A stretch of DNA of 64,000 bases from a virus. The stretch covers positions 1-64,000 of the IMG/VR virus record IMGVR_UViG_3300037484_000374; one strand, 5' to 3'. The position numbers and the translations under genes are program-made. Positions 19,377-29,162 of the stretch are shown piece by piece. Each line of letters starts with the position of its first letter. Positions within the stretch are counted from its first letter, which is position 1. Below the pieces are notes generated by a model. The model was not told where the DNA came from, did no database searches, and saw only the letters and a program-made list of their open reading frames with translations.

Positions 19377-20048
19377 TCAACTATTTAATTTTGGATATGG
19401 TTTTATATCATATCGTAATTCTTTTCTGATCTCTTTTTTAAATTTCTTATCACCAATTATATAAACATATCTATGTTTAAGGGGTCTGTCTTTTAAATAG
19501 AAGTCATCACCGTATTTATCTTTAATTGCCTGTACTCTATTATCTACACCTCTGAACTCATCTGCTATGGTTTGGGAGTGTAAATGTTCTTTACCTTTAA
19601 TAACCCAATCAGTTCTTTTTTCAGACAGTCCACAATATAAAAAATTGGTGGCTTGATAAACATACCCTATGTGTTCTTGAGATGTATCAGAGTAACTAAT
19701 TATTATCCTTTTTTTAGGTAGCATTTTCAAACTTCTACCCACCAAAAAGCTGGCCTCATTTTTCCTGTTATATAATAGACATAACCTATTTAATTCAAGA
19801 ACATTGTTTTTATATTTATCACCAGCCAATCCACATCTTACATTATTTGTTGGTGGTGATCCATATGTTACAATTCCACATAACTCATTACCAACAAATA
19901 ATCCATATGAGTATGATATACTCGGCCATCTTTTTGCATAATGGATATTCATAATAAATGGCTCACAGTCTTGTCGAGATATCTCACCAACATCTTTTAC
20001 TGAGAGGTCGATTTCCCTGTCGAAGAAAGTATTAAGCATATCATTCAT
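19377..20048 (-). CDS. mom: Mom-family adenine-modifying GNAT enzyme
   Basis: HY...GIVTYG.P...ELNRL...NEASF...SL...IISYSD...HIGYVYQATNF.Y.G. Confidence 0.8.
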   Translation of the reverse strand: MNDMLNTFFDREIDLSVKDVGEISRQDCEPFIMNIHYAKRWPSISYSYGLFVGNELCGIVTYGSPPTNNVRCGLAGDKYKNNVLELNRLCLLYNRKNEASFLVGRSLKMLPKKRIIISYSDTSQEHIGYVYQATNFLYCGLSEKRTDWVIKGKEHLHSQTIADEFRGVDNRVQAIKDKYGDDFYLKDRPLKHRYVYIIGDKKFKKEIRKELRYDIKPYPKLNS

Positions 20049-20050
20049 TA

Positions 20051-20485
20051 TTATTCATCCTTTACAAAAACTTCTCTATCGTCACCTGAAATAACTGCTT
20101 CCTCGATCCAAGTATCTATTTCAGAACTGTCGTACATTTTTAGAGATTTTGTATCCCAATAGAAATGATCTATTGTTCCACATCTACCGCCCAATCTGTT
20201 TTTTACGATTTTATAATATACCTCGGACTTATATACCATCGCATCCTCATCTTTACCCATGATCATCATAAAATCTGCTGTAGCAGGTATTCCCATTGAA
20301 TTTTTAGTAAGTATACCGTTAGCATAGAACAAATGATCTGATGATACTTCTATATCAATACATTCATCCTCCTCAAGTTCTATAATCTCAACAATCTCAT
20401 CGTTATATGATAACTGTGATGCTGATTGTTCTGTTTTTAATAGCCCTTGTTCAATAACACTTAGTATATTTTTCTTATTACTCAT
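20051..20485 (-). CDS. gp41: Split-intein C-fragment (62 aa, 20300-20485) plus C-terminal extein of gp41 helicase
   Basis: CIDIEVSSDHLFYANGILTKN|SMGIPATADFM...VKNRLG. Confidence 0.92.
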   Translation of the reverse strand: MSNKKNILSVIEQGLLKTEQSASQLSYNDEIVEIIELEEDECIDIEVSSDHLFYANGILTKNSMGIPATADFMMIMGKDEDAMVYKSEVYYKIVKNRLGGRCGTIDHFYWDTKSLKMYDSSEIDTWIEEAVISGDDREVFVKDE

Positions 20486-20538
20486 ATATTATCCTCTACG
20501 AATTTAATGATCCTTACCTGTGACAATTGATTTTATAA

Positions 20539-21936
20539 TTATATTATATTCAATTTATCACCATTTATCAACCCATTTTCTATATTTTTTAATCCTTTAT
20601 CTGTAGGAAATTTATGTTCGGCACTACATATAATCTCTTTTCCAGATTTGGTTATTATCTTATATAATTTCTTTCTTTGCTTTTTAAATACTTTCTTAAC
20701 AACAACACCGTTTCTCGATCCTTTTATGATATCATTTTGTTTAATATTATTGATTGGTGTGTCGATATACTTTGAACCATCCCATTTTTTAACCAATGTA
20801 CTTGGGTGTAAACACTCCGCAATGCTGTTCATATCAACATCTATAAGAGATAAGAAAGTACCGCCACGGTTTAACTGGGATACTGATATTACAGGAAAAT
20901 CAAATTCAAGTCCTAATGCTCTGGCCTGTTCTGATATTTTCTTAACATCATTATACATCTGGCCTGTATCACCATATTCTGATTTCATAAGGTTGATATA
21001 GTCAAAATAAAATGCGTCTATTTTTATGCCCCTCATTTTCAGTTCCCGCAACCAAACCCTATAATCAGCCGTAGAAGCATTACCTGTTGGGAAGTTCTTA
21101 ATGAATAATTCTCCACGGGTTGGGCTTTTTTTCTTCTCAAATAGGGTTGTTAAAAGTCTTTCTTTTAATGACTTTCTTATATACATTCTATTGATATCCA
21201 AATTGGAATATATACTGTCAAACCTTTGTGCAAACATATCTTGAGACATCTCTAATGAAGCGAGGGCTATATTATGACCCTGTTCTACTTGTCTTGAAAT
21301 AATGTTTGCCATGATATTTGATTTGAACCCATGAATTTGGGCCACGAACATTGATAATGTAAAAGGGGGGAACCCACCATTAAGATACTCATCAAGTAGC
21401 GGATAATATGTAGGTACTTTACTATCGGTGGCTGTGAATATCCTTTTTAATCGCTCACCTAACTGCCCCCAATAATTCAGGCCAAGATCAATTACCATAT
21501 TTTTACATAGGGAATCTTCGATTATCTTTCGAATCTCTTGTATGTTACCACCTTCGGACACGACATCAACAGCCTTAACAAGACCTCTCTTGATTGCTCT
21601 ATCCTGTAAATAGGTATTGGATGTTTCCAGTAGCCAATCATAGTTTTTAACAATGTCAAATTCGGTGGAATCAATATCTCTGAAAAGAACTTCAACCGCT
21701 TCCCTGTTTTCAGCACTGATTTGGTTTAATATTATTTCTCTATCTGGAAGTGTGTTATATTTTTCAAAATTTATCTTGATCTTTTCAAACAGTTCGGTGT
21801 TGTGAATATCGTCAAAATAACCGGACTCAAACGCTGACGTAACTGTTGCCAGATAAGACTTATCGTTGAATAGACTCTTGAACAAGCACAGTAGAAAATA
21901 TTCCTCATTAACATCGAGAATGTTCTGTTTACTCAT
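20539..21936 (-). CDS. gp41: gp41/DnaB-like helicase N-extein plus split-intein N-fragment (91 aa, 20539-20814)
   Basis: GFKS, SLEMS, DYINLM, SQLNR, then IAE|CLHPSTLV...IICSAEHKF. Confidence 0.92.
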   Translation of the reverse strand: MSKQNILDVNEEYFLLCLFKSLFNDKSYLATVTSAFESGYFDDIHNTELFEKIKINFEKYNTLPDREIILNQISAENREAVEVLFRDIDSTEFDIVKNYDWLLETSNTYLQDRAIKRGLVKAVDVVSEGGNIQEIRKIIEDSLCKNMVIDLGLNYWGQLGERLKRIFTATDSKVPTYYPLLDEYLNGGFPPFTLSMFVAQIHGFKSNIMANIISRQVEQGHNIALASLEMSQDMFAQRFDSIYSNLDINRMYIRKSLKERLLTTLFEKKKSPTRGELFIKNFPTGNASTADYRVWLRELKMRGIKIDAFYFDYINLMKSEYGDTGQMYNDVKKISEQARALGLEFDFPVISVSQLNRGGTFLSLIDVDMNSIAECLHPSTLVKKWDGSKYIDTPINNIKQNDIIKGSRNGVVVKKVFKKQRKKLYKIITKSGKEIICSAEHKFPTDKGLKNIENGLINGDKLNII

Positions 21937-21962
21937 ATTTTTCCTCTTTTTATTTTATTATC

Positions 21963-21992
21963 ATTATACTATTGACAAGTAAGAATGTAAAC
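21963..21992 (-). promoter_or_regulatory. T4-early-like sigma70 promoter GTTTACA-N17-TATAAT (similar at 41585-41614, 45488-45516, 46437-46466)
   Basis: Motif and spacing recur upstream of replication genes. Confidence 0.65.
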
Positions 21993-22082
21993 CACGCAAC
22001 ATATAATTGTTGAGATAATTGACATACTTTGTATAATATGATACAATAAGTTGTATACTTTGTAAACTATGAGGAGAAATAA

Positions 22083-22769
22083 ATGAGAAATGTAATGGTC
22101 GTTGGTGATGTTCATGGTCAATTCTGTAAACTAAATGAACTCATTAACAAGAAACGTCCAGATATAATTTATGCCTGTGGTGACTTCGGTTACTGGCCTG
22201 AGATAAGTTATTTCAATATTAGTGGTATAAAACCCAAACAAACAAAAATATATTTCGCTGACGGAAACCACGAAAATCATGATGCCTTGACTACGTTGAG
22301 ATGTTTACACCCCCATGCCATGGCTCTGAAAACCCCTATTGAAGTCGCAAAGAACGTTTATTATTGTCCGAGAGGAACGATAACATACACTCCTGACGGT
22401 AGAAAGGTATTATGGATGGGTGGGGCATATAGTATTGATAAGCAATACAGAACCCCAGGATATGATTGGTTCCCTCAAGAGACAATAAAATGGTATGAGG
22501 TTGATAGGGTAGAGGAAGAAAAGATAGATATCCTTATCAGTCATACCTGTGCAAAAGAGAATCTTCATGAGATGCTAAGGCACAATAGTATAAAAGCACT
22601 TGACCCTTCTAATGGGTGTCTATCTAAGATACTTGAATGGACAAGACCAGACCTATGGTACTTTGGACATTGGCATTTTTGGAAAAAGGGGTATGTTGTT
22701 GAAACAGACACATACTGGACAACATTAGGATGTGACGGTCAAAATGGATGGTGGGAATGGTTAAAGTAG
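22083..22769 (+). CDS. Calcineurin-like metallophosphoesterase
   Basis: GDVHG, GDFG, DGNHE, SHT, FGHWH. Confidence 0.9.
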   Translation: MRNVMVVGDVHGQFCKLNELINKKRPDIIYACGDFGYWPEISYFNISGIKPKQTKIYFADGNHENHDALTTLRCLHPHAMALKTPIEVAKNVYYCPRGTITYTPDGRKVLWMGGAYSIDKQYRTPGYDWFPQETIKWYEVDRVEEEKIDILISHTCAKENLHEMLRHNSIKALDPSNGCLSKILEWTRPDLWYFGHWHFWKKGYVVETDTYWTTLGCDGQNGWWEWLK

Positions 22770-23046
22770 TTCATTGTAAAAAGAACCCTATGATGTTTTA
22801 ATTGGCCGACCATCAAAATGGGGGAACCCTTTTACTATAGGTAAGGATGGTACACGTTCAGAAGTTATTGAAATGTATATGGAATATATACTTAACTCTC
22901 CTGAGTTAATGGCGAGTTTACATGAACTCAAGGATAAACGGCTAGGATGCTGGTGTAAGCCAAAGATATGTCACGGAGATATTTTAGTTGACTTAGTTGA
23001 GAAACTATGTTATATTGATGATATAAAATTATTTTTCGAAGTATAA
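22757..23046 (+). pseudogene. DUF4326-family gene with a 1-nt frameshift near the start
   Basis: MVKVVHCKK / EPYDVLIGRPSKWGNPF...LGCWCKPKICHGDIL; one A short in the run at 22778-22782. Confidence 0.75.
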
Positions 23047-23057
23047 GGAGAGGAAAT

Positions 23058-23240
23058 ATGAATACACATCTCGTATATAAATGTAGGAATTGTAACAAAC
23101 ATTATCTGTGGATTGATATAAGGACTACAGCCGATAATATTAATGATGCTATTAAGATCATGGGTGACGCCCCATGTCCAACTTGTGGTGAGTATGATTG
23201 GATTTATGATCGACTTGGAAATTATGAAGAAGGTGTTTAA
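23058..23240 (+). CDS. Small zinc-finger protein
   Basis: CRNC...CPTC; strong RBS. Confidence 0.65.
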   Translation: MNTHLVYKCRNCNKHYLWIDIRTTADNINDAIKIMGDAPCPTCGEYDWIYDRLGNYEEGV

Positions 23241-23267
23241 GCATCTTGCGGTGTAGAGGAGAAGAAA

Positions 23268-24410
23268 ATGCCAGTAAAAATACAAATAAATAAAACTAAG
23301 GTTCCTATTAAAATATGGAACGATAATGTTGAGTCTTTGACTATAGATCAGGCAACCGTTATTGCCGACACTATGCCAGTAGTTTCTCATGTTGCATTGA
23401 TGCCAGATTGTCATTTGGGGGTGGGGATGCCGATTGGTGGGGTTGTTGTGTTGGATAATGCAATATGCCCTAACATGGTCGGGGCCGACATTGGTTGTGG
23501 TATGATGGCCGTTAAAACTAATATCACGGATGTTGATATTATGACCTTACGTGCTATTGTTCAACAAGTAAAACGTGATGTTCCTGTTGGGTTCAACAAG
23601 AGAAGTGAGTCTGTTGAATGGGAGGGGTTTGACCGAACACCGGATTTTGATATAATCCAACAAGAATTAGATAATTCCCGTGTATCTCTTGGTACGCTTG
23701 GGGGTGGAAATCACTTCCAAGAAATTCAGAAGGGTTCTGATGGGTTTATATGGTTCATGATTCATTCAGGTTCCCGTAACTTTGGTTATAAGATTGCTGA
23801 ACATTACCAGCGTATAGCTGTAGAGAAGGGTATAGTCTCAAATGGTAATAGGCAACTTGCATATTTTGATTTTAATAGCGATATTGGACAAGAGTATTTC
23901 CAAGCAATGAATTTTGCCATGGAGTTCGCTCAAGAGAACCGTAATGTTATGGCAAATTTCGTAAAGAAAGCGTTCACCGATGTATGTGAGTATGCGACTT
24001 TCGATAATGCAGTTAATATCCATCACAACTATGCCGAGGATATTGGTTATGGTCAAATTTTACACCGTAAGGGTGCTACGAAAGCAACCAAGGACACTAT
24101 TGGTATTATCCCAGGAAGTCAGGGATCATGCTCTTATATTGTAAAGGGTTTGGGTAACAAGGAATCATTCGAGTCCTGTTCTCATGGTGCTGGACGTTTA
24201 ATGTCTCGAACAAAAGCTAAGAAATTACTTGATCGAGATTCATGTGAACAGCAAATGAAGGATATGGGTCTTGAGTTACATCAGACCATGGGGTTGGATG
24301 AGGCTACGGCGGCATACAAGGACATTAAGTATGTTATGGAGTGTCAATCTGATCTGGTTGAAATTTTGGTTGAGTTAAAGCCTTATAAAATATCAGCGAT
24401 AAAGGGGTAA
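23268..24410 (+). CDS. rtcB: RtcB RNA ligase
   Basis: MPDCH.G, VGADIGCG, GTLGGGNHF, HSGSR, HHNY, HRKGAT, SHGAGR. Confidence 0.95.
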   Translation: MPVKIQINKTKVPIKIWNDNVESLTIDQATVIADTMPVVSHVALMPDCHLGVGMPIGGVVVLDNAICPNMVGADIGCGMMAVKTNITDVDIMTLRAIVQQVKRDVPVGFNKRSESVEWEGFDRTPDFDIIQQELDNSRVSLGTLGGGNHFQEIQKGSDGFIWFMIHSGSRNFGYKIAEHYQRIAVEKGIVSNGNRQLAYFDFNSDIGQEYFQAMNFAMEFAQENRNVMANFVKKAFTDVCEYATFDNAVNIHHNYAEDIGYGQILHRKGATKATKDTIGIIPGSQGSCSYIVKGLGNKESFESCSHGAGRLMSRTKAKKLLDRDSCEQQMKDMGLELHQTMGLDEATAAYKDIKYVMECQSDLVEILVELKPYKISAIKG

Positions 24411-24630
24411 ATTATGTTGGAATTTGTTCATACGGTAGGTATTTTTTATGCTGTCCCTCTCGGTTAAAACCCCACCCCTTGTGGGTAGGGATCTTGAATG
24501 TATATAATGGTTGGTGTATTCTATCATTGGTATAATGAAACACGATCACCACGTAGTTATTTCGAGTTGGTGTATATGACGTTGTTGTTCCAAATATGGT
24601 ATATTATAACCAAAAAAGGAGAGATGAAAA

Positions 24631-24825
24631 ATGAAAACTGTTGAGAAGAAGAAAATCTGTCCAAAATGTGCTGAAATGATGTCTGGAATGTTGCTTCTAA
24701 TGAAAGAAATACTAGAAACACTGGACAACCTAGGGCCGGTAAGACGTATGTCATCAACGGCTGTTGATGATTATTGGAGAGACTTTTTGAAATACAAGAA
24801 GAAAATTGAAAATATGCACAAATAG
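24631..24825 (+). CDS. Small hypothetical protein
   Basis: ORF with AGGAG RBS. Confidence 0.55.
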   Translation: MKTVEKKKICPKCAEMMSGMLLLMKEILETLDNLGPVRRMSSTAVDDYWRDFLKYKKKIENMHK

Positions 24826-24998
24826 GAGATTATTATGCTTGGTGGATTAACGACTTTTTTTCATTGAAAATCGACCCCCTGAAGAAATTGAAAATTTACT
24901 CAACACGGATGAAATTCCAAAATTGGAATTAGAGATCATCTTTGAATCTCTCAGTATGGACACCTGTTCATAGACTCAATAACATATAATCTTTGCCG

Positions 24999-25040
24999 AA
25001 CCCCCCCATGTGGATTAATTTCTACATGGGGGGTTTTTAT
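24999..25040 (+). terminator. Intrinsic terminator
   Basis: AACCCCCCCATGTGGA...TCTACATGGGGGGTTTTT hairpin with T tract. Confidence 0.8.
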
Positions 25041-25061
25041 TTGAAAATCTTAATCTTTTTA

Positions 25062-25069
25062 TATAAATA
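25062..25069 (+). promoter_or_regulatory. T4-type late promoter TATAAATA (also + strand 45524, 51403, 56064, 56985; - strand 2392, 13490, 33571)
   Basis: Exact octamer in intergenic gaps before late genes. Confidence 0.8.
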
Positions 25070-25100
25070 CTATTGAATCACTTTATAAAAGGAGAATAAA

Positions 25101-25352
25101 ATGGATAAGAAATATTGGCAAGCTGTTCTGAATAAGGTTATTGAGAACTTGACAAGTATGAAATGGTGGTATTTTGTAACGATACTCGCTGTGTCTACAA
25201 AATTAGTCCTAATGAGTTTGATGACCAGTGGTGAGTTTGTAACGTTAAATACAACTCTTCTAAGTATCATAGTCGGTATGAGAGAGATCATGAAAATCAG
25301 CAAGGTCAAGGCTTTGGTTGATCCAAAAGAGATTGAAAAAATTAAGTCATAA
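25101..25352 (+). CDS. Putative holin
   Basis: 83 aa, two hydrophobic segments, charged tail, first gene of the lysis cluster. Confidence 0.65.
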   Translation: MDKKYWQAVLNKVIENLTSMKWWYFVTILAVSTKLVLMSLMTSGEFVTLNTTLLSIIVGMREIMKISKVKALVDPKEIEKIKS

Positions 25353-25364
25353 GGGAGTAGTAAA

Positions 25365-25709
25365 ATGGATGTAGGAAATATGTGTGGCATGGGTCTGTTA
25401 GGTGGGGCTGTTTTTGGTGGTGGATTATTATTGGTCAACTCGTTAATGACCGGTGGTGGATGGAAAAAACTGCTTACTGATCTATACAAGAAAATTCAAA
25501 AAGACGGTGAAGAAAAGATTGCAGGTATCGCCCAGAAACAAACCAAGATCGAAGTTAAAATTAAGAAAGATGAAAAACTTTCAGAAAATAAGAAACAAAA
25601 GATAAAGGACATTGCTAGTAAAGCCTCAAAGGAAATTGATGATGTTCTCAAAGAAACCAATATTGAGATTATTCAAGATAGTATAGACACAGATTGGGGG
25701 GATTTATGA
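25365..25709 (+). CDS. Putative i-spanin (Rz-like)
   Basis: N-terminal TM helix plus coiled coil. Confidence 0.6.
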   Translation: MDVGNMCGMGLLGGAVFGGGLLLVNSLMTGGGWKKLLTDLYKKIQKDGEEKIAGIAQKQTKIEVKIKKDEKLSENKKQKIKDIASKASKEIDDVLKETNIEIIQDSIDTDWGDL

Positions 25710-26221
25710 AATCAATATGTAATATAATGATTGTAATGATGTTATTCATGGGTGCATGTGCGCCTAAACAGTTTGTTCCTTTTCAGCCACCTGAGTTGAC
25801 CATAGAAAATACAGCACCTTATGTTCTCGATATGACAACTATATCGAAACCCGAAAAGCTGATTCCAATATATGTTGATGAGAATATGAAACCGACAACC
25901 ATTGACAAGGCAAAGTTTGTTCTCTTAGCACCATCAGAATATGCCAAGATTGGTGCTCTTGTTAAGCTAGCGGAAACTTACAAGATGATTGCCATTGAAG
26001 AGGCAAGTTTTGTCAATATTCATATTGACACAATAAACAGTTTGAAAGAGTATGTTGCATTGGAAAGACAGAAAGCCATAGAGTATAGGAATCTGTGGAT
26101 GATGAGTGAAAATGCATACAGGCAAGAAGAATACAGACACAAGATGGATAACAGAATCAACAAGGCAACAATGTACCTCATTACAATCGGTTCTATTGTT
26201 CTGCTTGCTGTTGGATTATAA
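25706..26221 (+). CDS. Lipoprotein spanin with additional C-terminal TM helix
   Basis: MKSICN...LFMGAC lipobox; ends MYLITIGSIVLLAVGL. Confidence 0.6.
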   Translation: MKSICNIMIVMMLFMGACAPKQFVPFQPPELTIENTAPYVLDMTTISKPEKLIPIYVDENMKPTTIDKAKFVLLAPSEYAKIGALVKLAETYKMIAIEEASFVNIHIDTINSLKEYVALERQKAIEYRNLWMMSENAYRQEEYRHKMDNRINKATMYLITIGSIVLLAVGL

Positions 26222-26234
26222 ATAGGGTGAAATT

Positions 26235-26765
26235 ATGAGAGATTTAAATTCAGCAATCCCAGGAGCACCAAATTTTAAGTATAGAGAATTTGTAAAGTCA
26301 GATACAGCAATTCGATTGGGTATCGTTAATGAACCATCAGATGAAGAGTGGAGGTCAATTGAAAAGGTTGCTGTTAATATTTTACAACCTGTAAGAGAAA
26401 AGTTTGGTAGAATAGGGATTTTAAGTGGGTTTAGATGCTTAGAATTGAACAGAGAGATTAAAAGTTCTGATACATCTAATCACATAAAGGGTGAGGCTGT
26501 GGATTTTGAGCCCATAGACACCAATGTGAGTATGCTGGATATTGTTCTATTTATATATGATGAGTTGGAATTTAGAACCTGTATTTGCGAGTATTTCCCC
26601 GATGGATGGATACATTGTGATTATCGATCAGGTGGAAACATTTGTTCATTGAAATTGAAGGATTCAGATCATGATTATGAAGAGATTTCTCTTGATGATC
26701 TAATGGATTTGTATGATAATGGTCATGATAATGAAATATTGAATATTGATTTTAGTGAGTTATAA
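26235..26765 (+). CDS. Peptidase M15A endolysin
   Basis: SGFRC.ELN...S.H..GEAVD...WIH. Confidence 0.85.
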   Translation: MRDLNSAIPGAPNFKYREFVKSDTAIRLGIVNEPSDEEWRSIEKVAVNILQPVREKFGRIGILSGFRCLELNREIKSSDTSNHIKGEAVDFEPIDTNVSMLDIVLFIYDELEFRTCICEYFPDGWIHCDYRSGGNICSLKLKDSDHDYEEISLDDLMDLYDNGHDNEILNIDFSEL

Positions 26766-27039
26766 ATGCCAAATAGTCACATACATGAATATGTAAAAGA
26801 ACAAATTGAAAATGAAGGATATAAACTTTTAGGTAAGGAATATAAAAATGTATTTACTAAATTAAAAATAAAATGTCCAGAGGGGCATGAATATAATGAC
26901 AATGTAAAAAGAAGAGATAAAAATAAAGAAACGGCAACGTGAAGAATTAGGTATTGATCTTATGATAATCCATGAGGAATTTTGGGTTATCAACAAAAGA
27001 AAATACTTGAATAAAATTATGAAGTTTGTAGAATTATAA
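26766..27039 (+). pseudogene. Internally deleted zinc-repeat endonuclease remnant
   Basis: HEYVKEQIENEGYKLL...CPEGHEY fused to a frameshifted family C-terminus (GIDLMII.EEFW). Confidence 0.85.
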
Positions 27040-27061
27040 AAATTAACTTCGGTGAAATAAT

Positions 27062-27808
27062 ATGAGATTAAAACAATACTTAACAGAAAAGACTTTTAAT
27101 ATTAATAAGGATGTTGATTATATCTTTAACAAATATTTCAAGAAACTCTATATAGCTATTCTTCTGGATAAATGGGATGGAAAATTTGAAACAAAAACTT
27201 TCATGTCATCTGATTTACCATCAAAGGAAGCACAGGATGCGAGTAAACTAAACCCTATAAAAATTGTCATCACAACCGCAGACACTGGTAACTTTTATAT
27301 GTCCTTAAATCATTATATTCAGCTAAGTCCGAATACCAATGTTCTTAATATTTTGAGGAATTACGGTTCTATTAAAGACGCAACACTTATGGTTACTGAT
27401 AGATCGAAGATTATAGCGTTTAAAAATGAACTCAATGGTGTTAAGATGAAAGACTCTATATACCATGAATTATCACACTGGCTAGATGATACTTTTCACA
27501 ATTTTTTTCTTTCAAAAACGGTTAAACTGTCTCTCGAAACAGGTAAATATTTACAAAAACAAGGTAAAAATAACGTTAATGCATCAAAAATTGAGATTAA
27601 TGCCCAAATTCATACAATTAAACAATTGAAAAGAGTTTTCAGTAAGAAATGGGATAATCTATCATTCATGGATATGCTTGCTTTAGATGGTAGCTTTAGT
27701 TGGGTGTGGGGTGATCTTAAAGGTAGAGAGTTTGATATTTGGAAAAAAGATATATTAAAGAGAATGGCAAGAGAAAAACTTTTGGGTAAAAGGATGACGG
27801 TAAAGTGA
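27062..27808 (+). CDS. CTS-leader protein with HExxH zincin-like motif
   Basis: MRLKQYLTE leader; YHELSHWLD...EINA. Confidence 0.7.
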   Translation: MRLKQYLTEKTFNINKDVDYIFNKYFKKLYIAILLDKWDGKFETKTFMSSDLPSKEAQDASKLNPIKIVITTADTGNFYMSLNHYIQLSPNTNVLNILRNYGSIKDATLMVTDRSKIIAFKNELNGVKMKDSIYHELSHWLDDTFHNFFLSKTVKLSLETGKYLQKQGKNNVNASKIEINAQIHTIKQLKRVFSKKWDNLSFMDMLALDGSFSWVWGDLKGREFDIWKKDILKRMAREKLLGKRMTVK

Positions 27809-28458
27809 GACTAAAACAATACCTTACAGAAGAAAGCATAGACTCTGATGATTGGGGTGCTACAGGAAAAGCGTTTGAAAAGACGTTCCTGAGAGCATGT
27901 GATCTGTTGGGGTTGAAGTATGTTCTTAATGGTGTTAATGCCCGTGGATGGGACATGAAGCCAGTTGGTGATGGTTGGGAGAGAATCATATCAGATAAGG
28001 AAGTTAACATAAAGGTGTCCAGTACTAAATGGTTGTTTGGTTCTACAGAACTGACAACGATTGTTCCATGGGATAATATACCTGATGATTACAATGAAGA
28101 TTTGACAATTAAGAGAATCAAAAGAATATTACATAAAATTGATATTCCTCATACTGTTTTTCTTAAACCAAAAGATAAAAATGTTCAACAGAGTATAGTA
28201 GATGGTGTTAGGAGTGAAGATATCCCAGCACTTGAAAAAATATTCGTCAAGAAAAATTTCTATTCTGATAAATTAGGGAACACTTTTGATGTTCGTATCT
28301 TAAAAAGAGATAATAGAGTAACATCAATAGCAGTCAATAAAAAAGGAAAGGTTTTTATGAGATCAGAACCACCAAGAAAAGTTGGTGGTTCCATGTTCGT
28401 AACATTTAGAACACCTACAGCTAAGTTGGATGGTGGAGATCGCAAGGTTAAAAGCTAA
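27805..28458 (+). CDS. CTS-leader protein, possible PD-(D/E)xK-like nuclease fold
   Basis: MRLKQYLTE leader; GKAFE...WD...EVNIK. Confidence 0.55.
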   Translation: MRLKQYLTEESIDSDDWGATGKAFEKTFLRACDLLGLKYVLNGVNARGWDMKPVGDGWERIISDKEVNIKVSSTKWLFGSTELTTIVPWDNIPDDYNEDLTIKRIKRILHKIDIPHTVFLKPKDKNVQQSIVDGVRSEDIPALEKIFVKKNFYSDKLGNTFDVRILKRDNRVTSIAVNKKGKVFMRSEPPRKVGGSMFVTFRTPTAKLDGGDRKVKS

Positions 28459-29162
28459 TGAAATTTAAACAATACATAAACGAAAGTATTAATGACAAAG
28501 GAATCTTGAAAGCCTGTTTTATGGCTGGACAACCTGGGGCCGGTAAGACGTTTGTCATTAATAAAATAACTGGTGGGTCTGTACAGCCGAAAGTTATAAA
28601 CACAGACACATGGGCTGAGTTTTATAAAGCATATGGTGATAAAGAGTGGGATAAATATGGTAATAAAATAAAAACCCTTACAAAGAACCAATTATCTCTT
28701 TATCTTAATTCAATGCTACCATTGTGGGTAGATGGTACATCTTCTCTCCCAAATGCTGTTGTTAGGCGTAGAGGGATTGTTGAGTCAATAGGGTATGATA
28801 CAGCGTTTATATGGGTTGATACATCTCTCGAAACTGCCATAGAAAGACAACAGTTACGTGATAGGAAAGTTAATCCAGATGAGATTACTAAAATATATAA
28901 TAATATCCAACCTTTAAAGGATTACTATAAACACCATTTTAGAAACTTTATTGTTATTGATAACAATAAGGGAGAGTTTACAGATAGTGTGGTGTTGGGG
29001 GCATATAGAAAAATGAGTGGGTGGTTTACTGAGCCTCTTAAAAACCCAATTGGAACGATGTTGGTTGATAGAATGACAGAGAAGGGTGATAAATATCTTA
29101 CAGATAGCGAATACACAATGCCTCAGTTAAAAAACTTGGTAGAAGGGTGGTATAGACATTGA
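28458..29162 (+). CDS. CTS-leader P-loop kinase (zeta-toxin/AAA_33-like)
   Basis: MKFKQYINE leader; FMAGQPGAGKT, INTD, VDGT, R...R.R lid. Confidence 0.8.
   Translation: MKFKQYINESINDKGILKACFMAGQPGAGKTFVINKITGGSVQPKVINTDTWAEFYKAYGDKEWDKYGNKIKTLTKNQLSLYLNSMLPLWVDGTSSLPNAVVRRRGIVESIGYDTAFIWVDTSLETAIERQQLRDRKVNPDEITKIYNNIQPLKDYYKHHFRNFIVIDNNKGEFTDSVVLGAYRKMSGWFTEPLKNPIGTMLVDRMTEKGDKYLTDSEYTMPQLKNLVEGWYRH

Noticed and set aside
24470-24490. CCCCACCC-loop-GGGTAGGG hairpin resembling an IS200/IS605 end
   Set aside because: A single short imperfect hairpin with no transposase or second end.
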